Shown piece after piece: positions 44,513-54,373 of a stretch of 64,000 nucleotides of DNA (positions within the stretch are counted from its first letter, which is position 1; every line of letters starts with the position of its first letter). The notes beneath the pieces are model-generated. The model had not been told where the DNA came from, made no database searches, and saw only the letters and a list, made by a program, of their open reading frames with translations. The position numbers and the translations under genes were made by a program. The stretch is from an uncultured Eubacteriales bacterium (GTDB lineage Bacteria > Bacillota > Clostridia > Oscillospirales > UMGS1783), in contig CAKSHC010000002.1 in assembly GCA_934456365.1 (NCBI GenBank), positions 211,981 through 275,980 on the forward strand. The letters are read 5' to 3'.

Positions 44513-45628
44513 TCAAGCATTTTTTTTCGTTTCAAAGGTCTCGGCCACGGTTCGCAAAAGCTCCCGGATGGGCAGGTGCTGCGGACAGGCCTTCTCACAC
44601 CTGCCGCACCCCAGACAGTCCGAAGCGCGTCGGCCCGGCGCGGTGTGAACCGAGTGGTAATAGAAGTCGGCGTTCCAGTCGTTGTAGAGCTTTTTGTTGT
44701 TGAGGGTGGCAAACAGGCTGGGAATGTTGATATGCCTCGGGCATCCGGCCGTGCAGTAGCGGCAGGCCGTGCAGGGGATCAGGTTTTTGCCGCGGAAAAT
44801 TTTCTGCACCCGCTCCACCGCCGTCCGCTCCCGCTCGTTGAGCGGCCGGAACTCCTTCATATAGGAAATGTTGTCCTGCATCTGCGCAAGACTGCTCATC
44901 CCGGACAGCACCATGCGCACCCCCTCAAAGCCTGCGGCAAAGCGAATGGCGTAGCTTGCATAGGAGCCGCCCAGCTCGTCGAAAACCGCCCGGGCCTCCT
45001 CGGGAAGATTGACCAAATTGCCTCCCTTGACCGGCTCCATCACCAAAACCGGCTTGCCGTGCTTGCGGCAGACCTCGTAGCAAAGCCGGCTCTGCACGGA
45101 AGGGTCGTCGTAGTCCACATAGTTGAACTGAATCTGCACCATCTCGATCTGCGGATAATCGGTCAGAATCCGGTCCAGAACCTCGGCCTTGTCGTGGAAG
45201 GAAATGCCCATGTGCCGGATCTTCCCTTCCTCCTTGAGAGCAAAAACAGTTTCATAAGCGCGGCAGGAGCGGAAATAGAGGTATCTTTCCTCGTTTTGCG
45301 CGTGCATCAGGTAGTTGTCAAAATATTCTACTCCGCAGGCCTCCAGCTGGCTCTCGAAGAAGGGGCGGATGTCTGCCTCGGACTTTATATAGGAATCGGT
45401 CAGCTTGTCGGTCAGTATGTAACGGTCGCGCGGATAGCGGGAGGTCAGGCAGTCCCGTAAGGCCGCCTCGCTTTTGCCGCCCAGATAGCCGTGAGCCGTG
45501 TCAAAATAGTTGAACCCGGCCTCCAGAAAAGCGTCCACCATCCGGCAGGTTTCCTCCCGGTCCACCTCGTCGCCCTTCATGGGAAGGCGCATACAGCCAA
45601 ATCCGAAATTCTTTTTCCAAAGATCCAT
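44513..45628 (-). CDS. Aldo/keto reductase with C-terminal 4Fe-4S ferredoxin domain
   Basis: AKR N-terminus FGFGCMRLP...FDTAHGY. C-terminal CTACRYCTAGCP and CLGCGRCEKACP. Confidence 0.88.
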   Translation of the reverse strand: MDLWKKNFGFGCMRLPMKGDEVDREETCRMVDAFLEAGFNYFDTAHGYLGGKSEAALRDCLTSRYPRDRYILTDKLTDSYIKSEADIRPFFESQLEACGVEYFDNYLMHAQNEERYLYFRSCRAYETVFALKEEGKIRHMGISFHDKAEVLDRILTDYPQIEMVQIQFNYVDYDDPSVQSRLCYEVCRKHGKPVLVMEPVKGGNLVNLPEEARAVFDELGGSYASYAIRFAAGFEGVRMVLSGMSSLAQMQDNISYMKEFRPLNERERTAVERVQKIFRGKNLIPCTACRYCTAGCPRHINIPSLFATLNNKKLYNDWNADFYYHSVHTAPGRRASDCLGCGRCEKACPQHLPIRELLRTVAETFETKKNA

Positions 45629-45768
45629 GTTCGTTTCCTCCGTTTCCGGTTGAATGTAAAACTATTTTATCATGCTTTCCCACCCTTCGCTATCCCTAAA
45701 ATTGCACAAATTTCGCCGTCATGCCCGCGCCCGCCCCGCCATATAAATAAAGGGAAAGGGGTGAGGAA

Positions 45769-46041
45769 ATGAGCCTGCTGCGAATCAGCGAGCTGGGCGA
45801 AAAGGAGGTCATCAACCTCTGCGACGGAGCCCGCCTCGGCTGCGTGTCCGACGTTCTGATCGATTCCTCCACCGGGCGGCTGTGCGCCCTGCTCATTCCC
45901 GCCAAAAAGGAGGGGCTCTTCGCCCCCAACTGCGAATACGAGGTCCCCTGGTGCGACATTGAGCGCATCGGCAGCGACTATATCTTCCTGCGCACCCTCG
46001 CCCCGCCCCGGCCGGTACCCAAAAAAGGCCTCTTCGGCTGA
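45769..46041 (+). CDS. YlmC/YmxH family sporulation protein (PRC barrel)
   Basis: ISELGEKEVINLCDGARLGCVSDVLIDSSTGRLCALLIP. Confidence 0.85.
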   Translation: MSLLRISELGEKEVINLCDGARLGCVSDVLIDSSTGRLCALLIPAKKEGLFAPNCEYEVPWCDIERIGSDYIFLRTLAPPRPVPKKGLFG

Positions 46042-46129
46042 TGAAAAAAGGCCTCCCCGCGTCCTTTTTTTCTTCCCCTGCAAAGAATTTTGTGGTAAAA
46101 TGAAGAAAAAAGAAGGGATTTGTGAGAAA

Positions 46130-47263
46130 ATGGCCAATCTTTTCGATTATCTGGACTGGCGCGGCGACCTCCGCCTGGAAGACAGCCCCTTCTGCGAGGT
46201 TGACGCCATGATCCTCGCCCGCCTGTCCTACCTCCCCTTCGAGCGCACCTCGCTCGCCGGCGGAAGCGAGCTTACCGTCAAGGCCGCAGCCGCCGAGATC
46301 CTGGCGCTGCCGGAAATCGAAACCTCCCTCCTTCTGCGTGACGATCTGCGCTTTCTGCGCACCCTCTCGGCATCCCGGCGCTTTCGCTCACTGGCACTGT
46401 TCGGCCAGGAAAACGAAACCTGCGCCGAAACGCAAACCCAGTTTTCCGCTATCGGCGTCCGCCTCTCGCCCAAGCGGATCCACCTCTCCTTTCGCGGCAC
46501 CGACAACACCCTCATTGGCTGGAAGGAGGATCTGGATATGGGCTTTGTCTGCCCCGTGCCCGCCCAGTCCCAGGCCGTGCGCTACCTCGAAAAAATGGCC
46601 TCCGCCCACCCCGGCGAGATCACACTCGGCGGCCACTCCAAAGGCGGCAACCTCGCCGTCTATGCCGCCGCCTTCTGCCGGGAAGAGATCCAGAGCCGTA
46701 TCCGCACCGTCTATAATTACGACGGCCCCGGCTTCGACGACTGCGTCCTCCAAACCGAGGGCTACCAAAAAGTCTGCGCCCGGGTGAAAACCTATGTGCC
46801 CCAGTCGTCGGTCGTGGGAATGCTGCTGGGCCACCGCGAAAAAACCATCACCGTCCACAGCGACAACCAGGGACTCACCCAGCACGATCTCTATTCCTGG
46901 GAGGTCGCGCGCAACCGCTTCGTCACCCTCCGCTCGGTCACCCAGTCCAGCCGCTTTGTCGACCAAACGCTCAAGCATTGGCTCGGCGAGCTCTCACACG
47001 ACCAGCGCGAGCTGTTTGTCGACGCCGTCTATACCGTGCTGCGCGATACCAACGCTTCCACCCTCCGGGAAATGGGCGAGCGCCGCTGGGAAAGCGCCAT
47101 GCGGATGCTGCGCTCCTTTTCCAATCTCGATCCCCTCACCCGCCGCGCCGCCATGACCGCAGTGGGCATGCTCCTCAAAAGCACCAAAGCCGGGTTCGAC
47201 GGGCTGCGCGCTGCCGGGGAGGAAGGCGAAAAAGAGAAAAGCGCGCGCAAAAAAACCATTTGA
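46130..47263 (+). CDS. DUF2974 (Mbeg1-like) alpha/beta-hydrolase family protein
   Basis: MANLFDYLDWRGDL N-terminus, lipase-like GHSKGGNLA. Start at ATG 46130. Confidence 0.8.
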   Translation: MANLFDYLDWRGDLRLEDSPFCEVDAMILARLSYLPFERTSLAGGSELTVKAAAAEILALPEIETSLLLRDDLRFLRTLSASRRFRSLALFGQENETCAETQTQFSAIGVRLSPKRIHLSFRGTDNTLIGWKEDLDMGFVCPVPAQSQAVRYLEKMASAHPGEITLGGHSKGGNLAVYAAAFCREEIQSRIRTVYNYDGPGFDDCVLQTEGYQKVCARVKTYVPQSSVVGMLLGHREKTITVHSDNQGLTQHDLYSWEVARNRFVTLRSVTQSSRFVDQTLKHWLGELSHDQRELFVDAVYTVLRDTNASTLREMGERRWESAMRMLRSFSNLDPLTRRAAMTAVGMLLKSTKAGFDGLRAAGEEGEKEKSARKKTI

Positions 47264-47309
47264 GATTTTTTTGCCGGTGTGCTATGCTAAGGGCAACGAG
47301 CAGCAGAAT

Positions 47310-47346
47310 GCGTAAGTCCAGTTTGGACTTGCGCATTTATTTTTTT
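47310..47346 (+). terminator. Rho-independent terminator
   Basis: GCGTAAGTCC-agttt-GGACTTGCGC (one G-U pair), then ATTTATTTTTTT. Confidence 0.8.
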
Positions 47347-47606
47347 GCTCTTTTGGAGGTCAAAATGGAAAACAGTCCAACAAACCCTGCCTCCGAAAAT
47401 CCGGAAAGCGGATGGGGCGCTGTGCTGCCCCCGCGCACCTCTCTTCTGGTCGGCGCACTGTGCTGCTCGCCCAAACCTATCGCCGCCTCCGGGAGGGCGC
47501 GGCTTCTCCCACCCGGCTCTGATCTTTCGGAAGAAAGGCTTGTGTTGCGCGGCAAATTGTGCTACAGTATAAGGGTCATTTCGGAATCGGAAAGGAAGCT
47601 TGATTC

Positions 47607-48188
47607 ATGCGGATTCTTTCGATTTTTCTAACAGCCCTCGCCCTGAGTATGGACGCGTTTGCCGTTTCCATCTGCAAGGGGCTCTCCATCGGCAAGATCC
47701 GCGGCCGGGACATGCTCGTCGCGGGCGCCTGGTTCGGCGGCTTTCAGGCCATTATGCCGGCCATCGGCTATTTCCTGGGCGGCGCCCTTGAGGAGGCCAT
47801 CCGCGCCTTCGACCATTGGGTCGCCTTCGGGCTTCTGGCTCTGATCGGAGCCGGCATGATCCGCGAAGCCTTCTCCAAGGAGGAGGAAAAGCAGGATAGC
47901 TCGCTGAGCGTGCGCGTCATGCTCCCCATGGCCATCGCCACCAGCATCGACGCTCTCGTCGTCGGCATCACCTTCCGCTCCGCCTTCGCCATCGAAACGG
48001 TCGGCGCCATGCTGGGCGCCGTGGCCCTCATCGGCGCTACCACCTTCCTCTGCTCTGCCGCCGGGATGAAGGTCGGGAGCCTGTTCGGTACAAAATACAA
48101 AGCCCGCGCCGAGCTCGTGGGCGGAATCCTCCTGATCCTCATCGGGATCAAGGTTCTGCTCGAGCATCTGGGCGTGATTTCTTTCTGA
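47607..48188 (+). CDS. mntP: Manganese efflux pump MntP
   Basis: LSMDAFAVSICKG and SIDALVVGITF (DUF204 repeats); 6 TM helices. Confidence 0.92.
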   Translation: MRILSIFLTALALSMDAFAVSICKGLSIGKIRGRDMLVAGAWFGGFQAIMPAIGYFLGGALEEAIRAFDHWVAFGLLALIGAGMIREAFSKEEEKQDSSLSVRVMLPMAIATSIDALVVGITFRSAFAIETVGAMLGAVALIGATTFLCSAAGMKVGSLFGTKYKARAELVGGILLILIGIKVLLEHLGVISF

Positions 48189-48199
48189 GGAGAAACAAA

Positions 48200-48859
48200 A
48201 TGAAACTGGAAAACCTCCGTGTCGCCGTCCTGGGCGACAGCATCACCCAAGGCGTCGGCGTGGCCGACCCGAAAAGCTGCTACCATGCCCTCCTTGCCGA
48301 AAAATACCACTGGAACGCCACGGTAGACGGCATCTCCGGCACCCGCATCGCCCCGCAGGAAAAGGTGTGGGATTGGGAGGAGCCCCGCATGAAGGAGGAT
48401 TTCTGCGGCCGTGTGAAAAACCTCCCGCAGGACGCCGACCTGCTGATCTTCTTCGGCGGCACCAACGACTTCGGCCATGGCGATACCCCCTTCGGCGCCT
48501 GGGGCGACCATAAGCCCACCACCTTCTGCGGCGCCGTCTTCTCCATGATGCGCGAAATGGTCGAGCGCCTGCCCGGCGCGGTGAAGGTCATCTGCACCCC
48601 GCTCCACCGCCTCAACGAAGGCAACCCCTGCGGCGACGTCAAGCCCCAGCCGGTGGCCACCCTCGAGGAATATGTGGAGATCATCCGCAAAACGGCTGCC
48701 TATTTCGCCCTGCCCGTGATGGATTTCTATGCCCTCTCCGGCCTCCAGCCGCGCGTGCCCATCATCCAGCAAACCTATGTGCCCGACGGGCTCCATCCCA
48801 ACGAGGAAGGCCATAAGCTCCTTGCCGCCCGCCTCGAGGGCTTCCTGCTCTCCCTCTGA
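48200..48859 (+). CDS. SGNH/GDSL hydrolase family protein
   Basis: Block I VAVLGDSITQG; C-terminal DGLHPN. Confidence 0.85.
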   Translation: MKLENLRVAVLGDSITQGVGVADPKSCYHALLAEKYHWNATVDGISGTRIAPQEKVWDWEEPRMKEDFCGRVKNLPQDADLLIFFGGTNDFGHGDTPFGAWGDHKPTTFCGAVFSMMREMVERLPGAVKVICTPLHRLNEGNPCGDVKPQPVATLEEYVEIIRKTAAYFALPVMDFYALSGLQPRVPIIQQTYVPDGLHPNEEGHKLLAARLEGFLLSL

Positions 48860-49712
48860 TGCGCCTCGAGCAGATCGCCCGGCGCGAAGGCACTCTTCAA
48901 AGCCTCCTGCGCTTTCAGCTCGGCCTCTCCTGCGGCCTCATCCAGCGCATCAAGCGGCAAAACGCCCTCCTGGTCAACGGCCGGGCGCGCCATACCAACG
49001 AAAGAGTCGCCGCCGGGGATCAAATCACCGTCCTGCTCGACGAGCACCCCTCCGGCTACCCGCCTGAGGAGAGGGAGCTTTCCCTTCTGTATGAAGACGA
49101 GGCCGTCCTCGCCCTCGATAAGCCCCCCGGAGTGCTTGTCCACCCCTCCTCTTCCCGCAACACCGGTACCCTCGCCAATTTCCTGCTCGCCTATTATCGG
49201 AAAACCGGGCAGGCCTGCGGCGTCCACCCCCTCACCCGCCTCGACCGCGATACCTTCGGCGTCGTCCTCTTTGCGAAAAACGCCTTTGTGCAGGATGTCC
49301 TCATGCAAAAAGGCGAGCTGAAAAAGATTTATCGCGCCCGGGTGTTCGGCGCCCCGGAAAAGGAAACGGGCGAGATCTGCGCCCCCATCGCGCGCCGCCC
49401 CTATCCCAGCCTGCTGCGCGAAATCCGCCCGGACGGGAAAAAGCGCTCACCCGCTATCGCGTGCTGGAGCGCGGCGAGGATTGCTCGCTGCTTTCTCTCG
49501 AGCCGGTCACCGGGCGCACCCACCAGCTTCGGCTCCATTGCCAAAGCGCCGGGTTTCCCATCCTGGGCGATCCCCAGTATGCCACCCCCGCCTCGGCCGC
49601 CCTCTCGCAAAAAATGGGCCTTACCTCGCAGGCCCTCTGCGCCGCCGCGCTCTCCTGGTCCGACCCGATCACAGGTGAAAGGCGCGCGGTAAGCTCCAGG
49701 CAGTCCGTCTGA
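48859..49712 (+). pseudogene. RluA-family pseudouridine synthase, frameshifted
   Basis: The N-terminal part (ALDKPPGVLVHP, HPLTRLDRDTFGVVLFAK) is in the frame of 48859. The C-terminal part (YRVLERGEDCSLLSLEPVTGRTHQLRLH) is in the frame of 49461. The switch is at GGGAAAAAG (49435-49443). Confidence 0.8.
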
Positions 49713-49715
49713 ACG

Positions 49716-49754
49716 AAAAACCGGCAAGGAAATCCCTTGCCGGTTCTTTTTTTT
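49716..49754. terminator. Bidirectional terminator
   Basis: AACCGGCAAGG-aaatc-CCTTGCCGGTT followed by CT8. Confidence 0.85.
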
Positions 49755-49768
49755 GCGGTCGAGGCGTT

Positions 49769-50242
49769 TCAGAGAATTTCCTCCAGCCCGATCTTCTGCG
49801 TTTTCAGCCCAAGGCTTTGGTAAAAGCCGAGCGCCGCGTCGTTGCCCGCCCAAACGTTCAGCGTCAGATTGTAACAGCCCAGCGCCCGGGCCTGCTCGCG
49901 CACATGGTTTAGAAGCGCTCGCCCCAGCCCCTTGCCGCGCGCCGCTTCGTCCACACAAAGATCGTCCACATAAAGCGTCCGGATGTCCGTGCGCCCGGAA
50001 AGCCCCCGCGTCTCCTCCAGCTGGCAGAAGGCATAGCCCTCCACCGCCCCCTCGCATTCGGCCACATAAATCGGCCGCCGCTCGTCTTTCAGAATGCCGA
50101 GAAGCTCGCCGTCGTCGTATTTGCGCCCGCCCGGCGTGAAAAGATCGGGGCGCGCGTCGGAATGCACCCGATGCACCTGCAAAAGCAGCCGCCCCAAGGC
50201 CGGCAGATCGGAATCCTTTGCCCGGCGAAGAATCGGTTCCAT
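49769..50242 (-). CDS. GNAT family N-acetyltransferase
   Basis: Acetyl-CoA motif ARGKGLGRALLNHV. Start at ATG 50242 behind AAAGGAGG. Confidence 0.88.
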   Translation of the reverse strand: MEPILRRAKDSDLPALGRLLLQVHRVHSDARPDLFTPGGRKYDDGELLGILKDERRPIYVAECEGAVEGYAFCQLEETRGLSGRTDIRTLYVDDLCVDEAARGKGLGRALLNHVREQARALGCYNLTLNVWAGNDAALGFYQSLGLKTQKIGLEEIL

Positions 50243-50292
50243 AAAAAGCCTCCTTTGGAAAAGCCCGGAAGGCCAAAGCCTTCCGGGAAATT

Positions 50293-50781
50293 TTATAAAT
50301 CGATCAAACAGGGCTCGTGCCCGCTCTCGGTCAAAAGCCGCACCAGATCGTCGGGATCGAGCCAAACGGTCGCCGTGTTGTCGCAGGGGTGAACGCCGAT
50401 CTTCCGGGGCTCCTTCCAGAAATCCCGATCCAGATAAAGGCGCACAAGCCCGTCCCCATCGCAAAGCGCCCCCAAAGGCGTCACCGACCCGGGCCTTAGC
50501 TCAAGATAGCGCTCCAGCTCCTCGGGCGAGGCAAAGCTCAGCGGCCGCAGCCCCTGCGCGCGCCGGAAAGCCTTGAGATCCACCCGCTTGTCGCCCCGCA
50601 CCGTAATCAGGCAAAAGACCTGCCGCTTGTCGTCGTGCACAAAAAGATTCTTGGCGTCGGCCTCCGGGTAGGGGAGAGGCGCCGAGGAAAGCTGTGCCAT
50701 GTGAAACACGGCTTCATGCTCCGTCGCCTCATAGGGGATCCCTTTTTGATCCAAAAGCGCATAAACCTCCTGCTTGGTCAT
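50293..50781 (-). CDS. YbaK/prolyl-tRNA synthetase-associated editing domain protein
   Basis: AKNLFVHDDKRQVFCLITVRGDKRVDLK...GSVTPLG. Confidence 0.85.
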   Translation of the reverse strand: MTKQEVYALLDQKGIPYEATEHEAVFHMAQLSSAPLPYPEADAKNLFVHDDKRQVFCLITVRGDKRVDLKAFRRAQGLRPLSFASPEELERYLELRPGSVTPLGALCDGDGLVRLYLDRDFWKEPRKIGVHPCDNTATVWLDPDDLVRLLTESGHEPCLIDL

Positions 50782-51164
50782 GCCTGATTTCCCATCTTGG
50801 CCTTCACATGCCGCTTGATGGCCGCAAAGGATTCGTCGCTGATGTCATGCTCCATTTTGCAGGCGTCCTCCGCCGCGCGCGCGGGATCCACCCCCAGCCG
50901 GGTGAGAAAATCGGTGAGAAGGGTGTGGCGCTCGTAGATCTTCTCGGCCACCTCCCGCCCCGCGTCGGTCAGCGAAAGAGAGCCGTCCTTGAGCATCTCC
51001 ACATAGCCCCCCTCGCGTAAAAGCCCGATCGCCCGGCTCACGCTCGGCTTGGAAAACCCCATATATTCGGCCACATCCAAAGACCGGACGTAGCCCTGCT
51101 TTTTCGAAAGAACCAAAATCGTTTCCAGATACATTTCTCCGGATTCCATCAGGTGCATATCCAT
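50778..51164 (-). CDS. DtxR/MntR family metal-dependent transcriptional regulator
   Basis: EMYLETILVLSKKQGYVRSLDVAEYMGFSKPSVSRAI and a metal-site region HTLLTDFL...ACKMEH. Confidence 0.88.
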   Translation of the reverse strand: MDMHLMESGEMYLETILVLSKKQGYVRSLDVAEYMGFSKPSVSRAIGLLREGGYVEMLKDGSLSLTDAGREVAEKIYERHTLLTDFLTRLGVDPARAAEDACKMEHDISDESFAAIKRHVKAKMGNQA

Positions 51165-51302
51165 GCCTCCTTTTTCTTTATTATACCCCCTCTCGCCCCC
51201 AATTTCAAGAAGCCCGCCTCCGGCAAAGCCTCCAAATTTCAGTTAGCAAACGCGAACTACTTTGTGCGACTCGCCAAAACGGCATTTTTTGACGAAAAAA
51301 TC

Positions 51303-51354
51303 TTGACTTTATCCGGCCATTAGGGTATGCTAACTATGGTTAGCGAGAGCTAAC
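51303..51354 (+). promoter_or_regulatory. feo promoter with DtxR-type operator candidates
   Basis: TTGACT (51303-51308), 17 nt, TATGCT (51326-51331). TTAGGGTATGCTAAC overlaps the -10. Perfect GTTAGC-gaga-GCTAAC at 51339-51354. Confidence 0.5.
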
Positions 51355-51411
51355 TTTCAAAACGTTTCAAAGCCCCGGCGCCTCGGGCGCCCTGCCAAAG
51401 GAGGAAGAAAC

Positions 51412-51621
51412 ATGCCGCTTTGTTATGCCGAGATCGGCGAAGAGAATATCATCAAGCGGATCGGCGGAAGCAATGAGGTCCGCCGCCACCTGGAGAATCT
51501 TGGATTCGTGGTCGGCGGCACCGTCACCGTCGTCACCACTCTGGCGGGCAATGTGATCGTAAACGTCAAGGACACCCGCGTGGCCATCAGCGAAGAGATG
51601 GCGCGCAAGATCCTTGTGTAA
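51412..51621 (+). CDS. feoA: FeoA family protein
   Basis: 69 aa SH3-like FeoA (GFVVGGTVTVV...). Confidence 0.88.
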   Translation: MPLCYAEIGEENIIKRIGGSNEVRRHLENLGFVVGGTVTVVTTLAGNVIVNVKDTRVAISEEMARKILV

Positions 51622-51636
51622 TAAAGGAGGAGAGAG

Positions 51637-51858
51637 ATGAAAACGCTCAAATCGGTAAAGATCGGCGAGACCGTCAAGGTGGTTCGCCTGCACGGTGAAG
51701 GCGCCGTCAAGCGCCGGATCATGGACATGGGCCTTACCCGCGGCACGGAAGTCACTGTGCGCAAGGTGGCGCCCCTGGGAGATCCGATCGAAATGACGGT
51801 TCGCGGCTACGAGCTTTCGCTTCGCAAGGCCGATGCCGAAATGGTCGAAGTCGAATAA
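51637..51858 (+). CDS. feoA: FeoA family protein (second copy)
   Basis: 73 aa, RRIMDMGLTRGTEVTVRKVAPLGDPIE. Confidence 0.88.
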   Translation: MKTLKSVKIGETVKVVRLHGEGAVKRRIMDMGLTRGTEVTVRKVAPLGDPIEMTVRGYELSLRKADAEMVEVE

Positions 51859-51873
51859 GAGAGGAGAATGGGA

Positions 51874-54336
51874 ATGGATCTGAGGATCGCATTGGCGGGC
51901 AACCCGAACAGCGGTAAAACCACTCTGTTCAATGCCCTGACGGGTCAGAACCAGTTCGTCGGCAACTGGCCCGGCGTAACGGTTGAAAAAAAAGAAGGCA
52001 AGCTGAAAAAGCATGACGGCGTGGTCATCACCGACCTGCCCGGTATCTATTCGCTGTCGCCGTACACTCTGGAAGAGGTCGTCGCAAGAAACTACCTCAT
52101 CGGCGAGCGTCCGGACGCAATTCTGAACATCATCGACGGTACCAACCTCGAACGCAACCTCTACCTGACCACCCAGCTCACCGAACTGGGCATCCCGGTT
52201 GTGGTGGCGGTCAACATGATGGATATCGTGCGCAAGAGCGGCGATAAGATCGACACCGCCGAGCTCTCCCGCGCGTTGGGCTGCCCCGTGGTGGAAATTT
52301 CCGCCCTCAAGGGCACGGGCGTGATGGAAGCGGCCGAAGCCGCCATCCAGGCCGCCAAAACCGGCAAAACCATCCCGATGCACGCCTTCTCCGGCCCGGT
52401 GGAGCATGCGCTGGCTCATATCGAAGAAGCCGCCGTGCATAACCTGCCCGAGGAACAGCAGCGCTGGTATGCCGTCAAGATCTTCGAGCGCGACAGCAAG
52501 GTCCTCGAAGGCCTGAAGATCGCCCCCGAGGTCAGCCGGCATATCGAAGCGGATATCGCCGCCGTGGAAAAGGAGCTCGACGACGACGCCGAGTCCATCA
52601 TCACCGGCGAGCGCTATGTCTACATCGCTTCCATCATCAAGAGCTGCTATCATAAGAAAAACGCCAAGAAGCTCAGTTATTCCGATAAGATCGATAAGAT
52701 CGTCACCAACCGCTGGCTCGGCCTGCCGATCTTCGCGGTGATCATGTTCTTAGTCTACTTCATCTCGATGGTCACCGTCGGCTCCGCCGCGACCGACTGG
52801 GTCAACGACGGTGTCTTCGGCGATGGCTTCCATCTCTTCGGCATCGGCGCCGGCGCCTACGAAAAAGCCGTGGAAGACTACGGCGATACCAACGAAATCC
52901 TGGCCGCCGTCAACGAAGCCTACGGCAGCGAGAAGATCGCCGCCGCCCTCGAGGGCGACGACGAAGAGGCCGCTTCCGCGGCGCTCGAAGAGCTCAAGGC
53001 CGCCGTCCCCGCCGGGGCTTCGGTCGAGTATGAGCTCGAAGACGAAGAAACTCTCGAAACCACCACCGAAACAGCCGATTATGCCGCCATCTCGGAGGCG
53101 CTGGGAAAATACGGCACCGAGCCCGACCCCGCCGATTATCCCGTCTGGGTCCCGGGGCTCCCGGTTTTGGCTGAGCGGGGTCTCGACGCTTTGGGCGCTG
53201 CCGATTGGGTCAAGGGCCTCCTGCTCGACGGCATCCTCGCCGGCGTGGGCGCGGTTCTGGGCTTCGTGCCCCAGATGCTGGTTCTGTTTTTGCTGCTCGC
53301 CTTCCTCGAGGGCTGCGGCTACATGGCAAGAATCGCCTTCGTGCTCGACCGCGTCTTCCGCAAGTTCGGTCTGTCCGGCAAATCCTTCATCCCCATGCTC
53401 ATCGGCACCGGCTGCGGCGTGCCGGGCATCATGGCCTCGCGTACCATTGAAAACGAGCGCGACCGCCGGATGACCATTATGACCACCACCTTCATTCCCT
53501 GCGGAGCCAAGATTCCCTTCATCGCCATGATCGCAGGCGCTATCTTCGGCGGCAGTCCCTGGATCGCCACCTCGGCCTACTTCGTGGGCATGGCGGCCAT
53601 CATCGTGTCGGGCATCATGCTGAAGAAAACCCGTCCCTTCGCCGGCGACCCCGCTCCCTTCGTCATGGAGCTTCCGTCCTACCATCTGCCCACCGTCCCC
53701 AACCTCCTGCGTTCGATGTGGGAGCGCGGCTGGTCCTTCATTAAGAAGGCGGGCACCATCATCCTGCTGTCCACCATCCTCGTGTGGTTCACCAGCTACT
53801 TCGGCTTTGTCGACGGCACCTTCCGTATGCTCGAAGAAGCCGAGCTCAACTACTCGCTGCTGGCCACGGTCGGCTCGGCCATCTCCTGGATCTTCGCTCC
53901 TCTCGGCTGGGGCACCTGGCAGGCTGCCGTCGCTTCCATCACGGGCCTCGTCGCCAAGGAAAACATCGTGGGCACCATGGGCATCCTCTACGGCGCGTCC
54001 GGCAATGTCTATGCCGCTCTGAGAGAAGCCTTCACCCCGATCAGCGGCTATTCCTTCCTGGTGTTCAACCTCCTGTGCGCTCCCTGCTTCGCCGCCATCG
54101 GCGCCATCAAGCGGGAGATGAACAGCGCCAAGTGGACTTGGTTCGCCATCGCCTATCAGTGCCTGTTTGCCTATGCCATCGCCTTGATGGTCAACCAGTT
54201 CGGCCTGCTCTTCACGGGCGGCGTCCAGCCGGTGGGCCTTGTGTTCGCCATCCTGATTCTGGCCGGTATGCTCTATATGCTCTTCCGTCCGTATAAGGAA
54301 GCAACCAAGCTGACCGAAAAGGTTCGCGTAAAGTAA
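51874..54336 (+). CDS. feoB: Ferrous iron transporter FeoB
   Basis: G-domain GNPNSGKTTLFNALTG, DLPG, NMMD; polytopic C-terminus. ATG 51874 has better RBS spacing than 51868. Confidence 0.95.
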   Translation: MDLRIALAGNPNSGKTTLFNALTGQNQFVGNWPGVTVEKKEGKLKKHDGVVITDLPGIYSLSPYTLEEVVARNYLIGERPDAILNIIDGTNLERNLYLTTQLTELGIPVVVAVNMMDIVRKSGDKIDTAELSRALGCPVVEISALKGTGVMEAAEAAIQAAKTGKTIPMHAFSGPVEHALAHIEEAAVHNLPEEQQRWYAVKIFERDSKVLEGLKIAPEVSRHIEADIAAVEKELDDDAESIITGERYVYIASIIKSCYHKKNAKKLSYSDKIDKIVTNRWLGLPIFAVIMFLVYFISMVTVGSAATDWVNDGVFGDGFHLFGIGAGAYEKAVEDYGDTNEILAAVNEAYGSEKIAAALEGDDEEAASAALEELKAAVPAGASVEYELEDEETLETTTETADYAAISEALGKYGTEPDPADYPVWVPGLPVLAERGLDALGAADWVKGLLLDGILAGVGAVLGFVPQMLVLFLLLAFLEGCGYMARIAFVLDRVFRKFGLSGKSFIPMLIGTGCGVPGIMASRTIENERDRRMTIMTTTFIPCGAKIPFIAMIAGAIFGGSPWIATSAYFVGMAAIIVSGIMLKKTRPFAGDPAPFVMELPSYHLPTVPNLLRSMWERGWSFIKKAGTIILLSTILVWFTSYFGFVDGTFRMLEEAELNYSLLATVGSAISWIFAPLGWGTWQAAVASITGLVAKENIVGTMGILYGASGNVYAALREAFTPISGYSFLVFNLLCAPCFAAIGAIKREMNSAKWTWFAIAYQCLFAYAIALMVNQFGLLFTGGVQPVGLVFAILILAGMLYMLFRPYKEATKLTEKVRVK

Positions 54337-54373
54337 GAAAGACCGGAGAAAATACTTAAGGGAGGTTCGGACA

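Noticed and set aside
47365-47631. 88-aa ORF with a good GGAGGT RBS upstream of and overlapping the mntP start
   Set aside because: It lacks the strong GC3 codon bias of neighbouring genes, has a low-complexity sequence and would overlap mntP by 25 nt. It is probably non-coding.
51367-52653. Minus-strand ORF 51367..52653 (428 aa) across feoA and feoB
   Set aside because: It is antisense to well-supported feoA/feoB genes and has no motifs.
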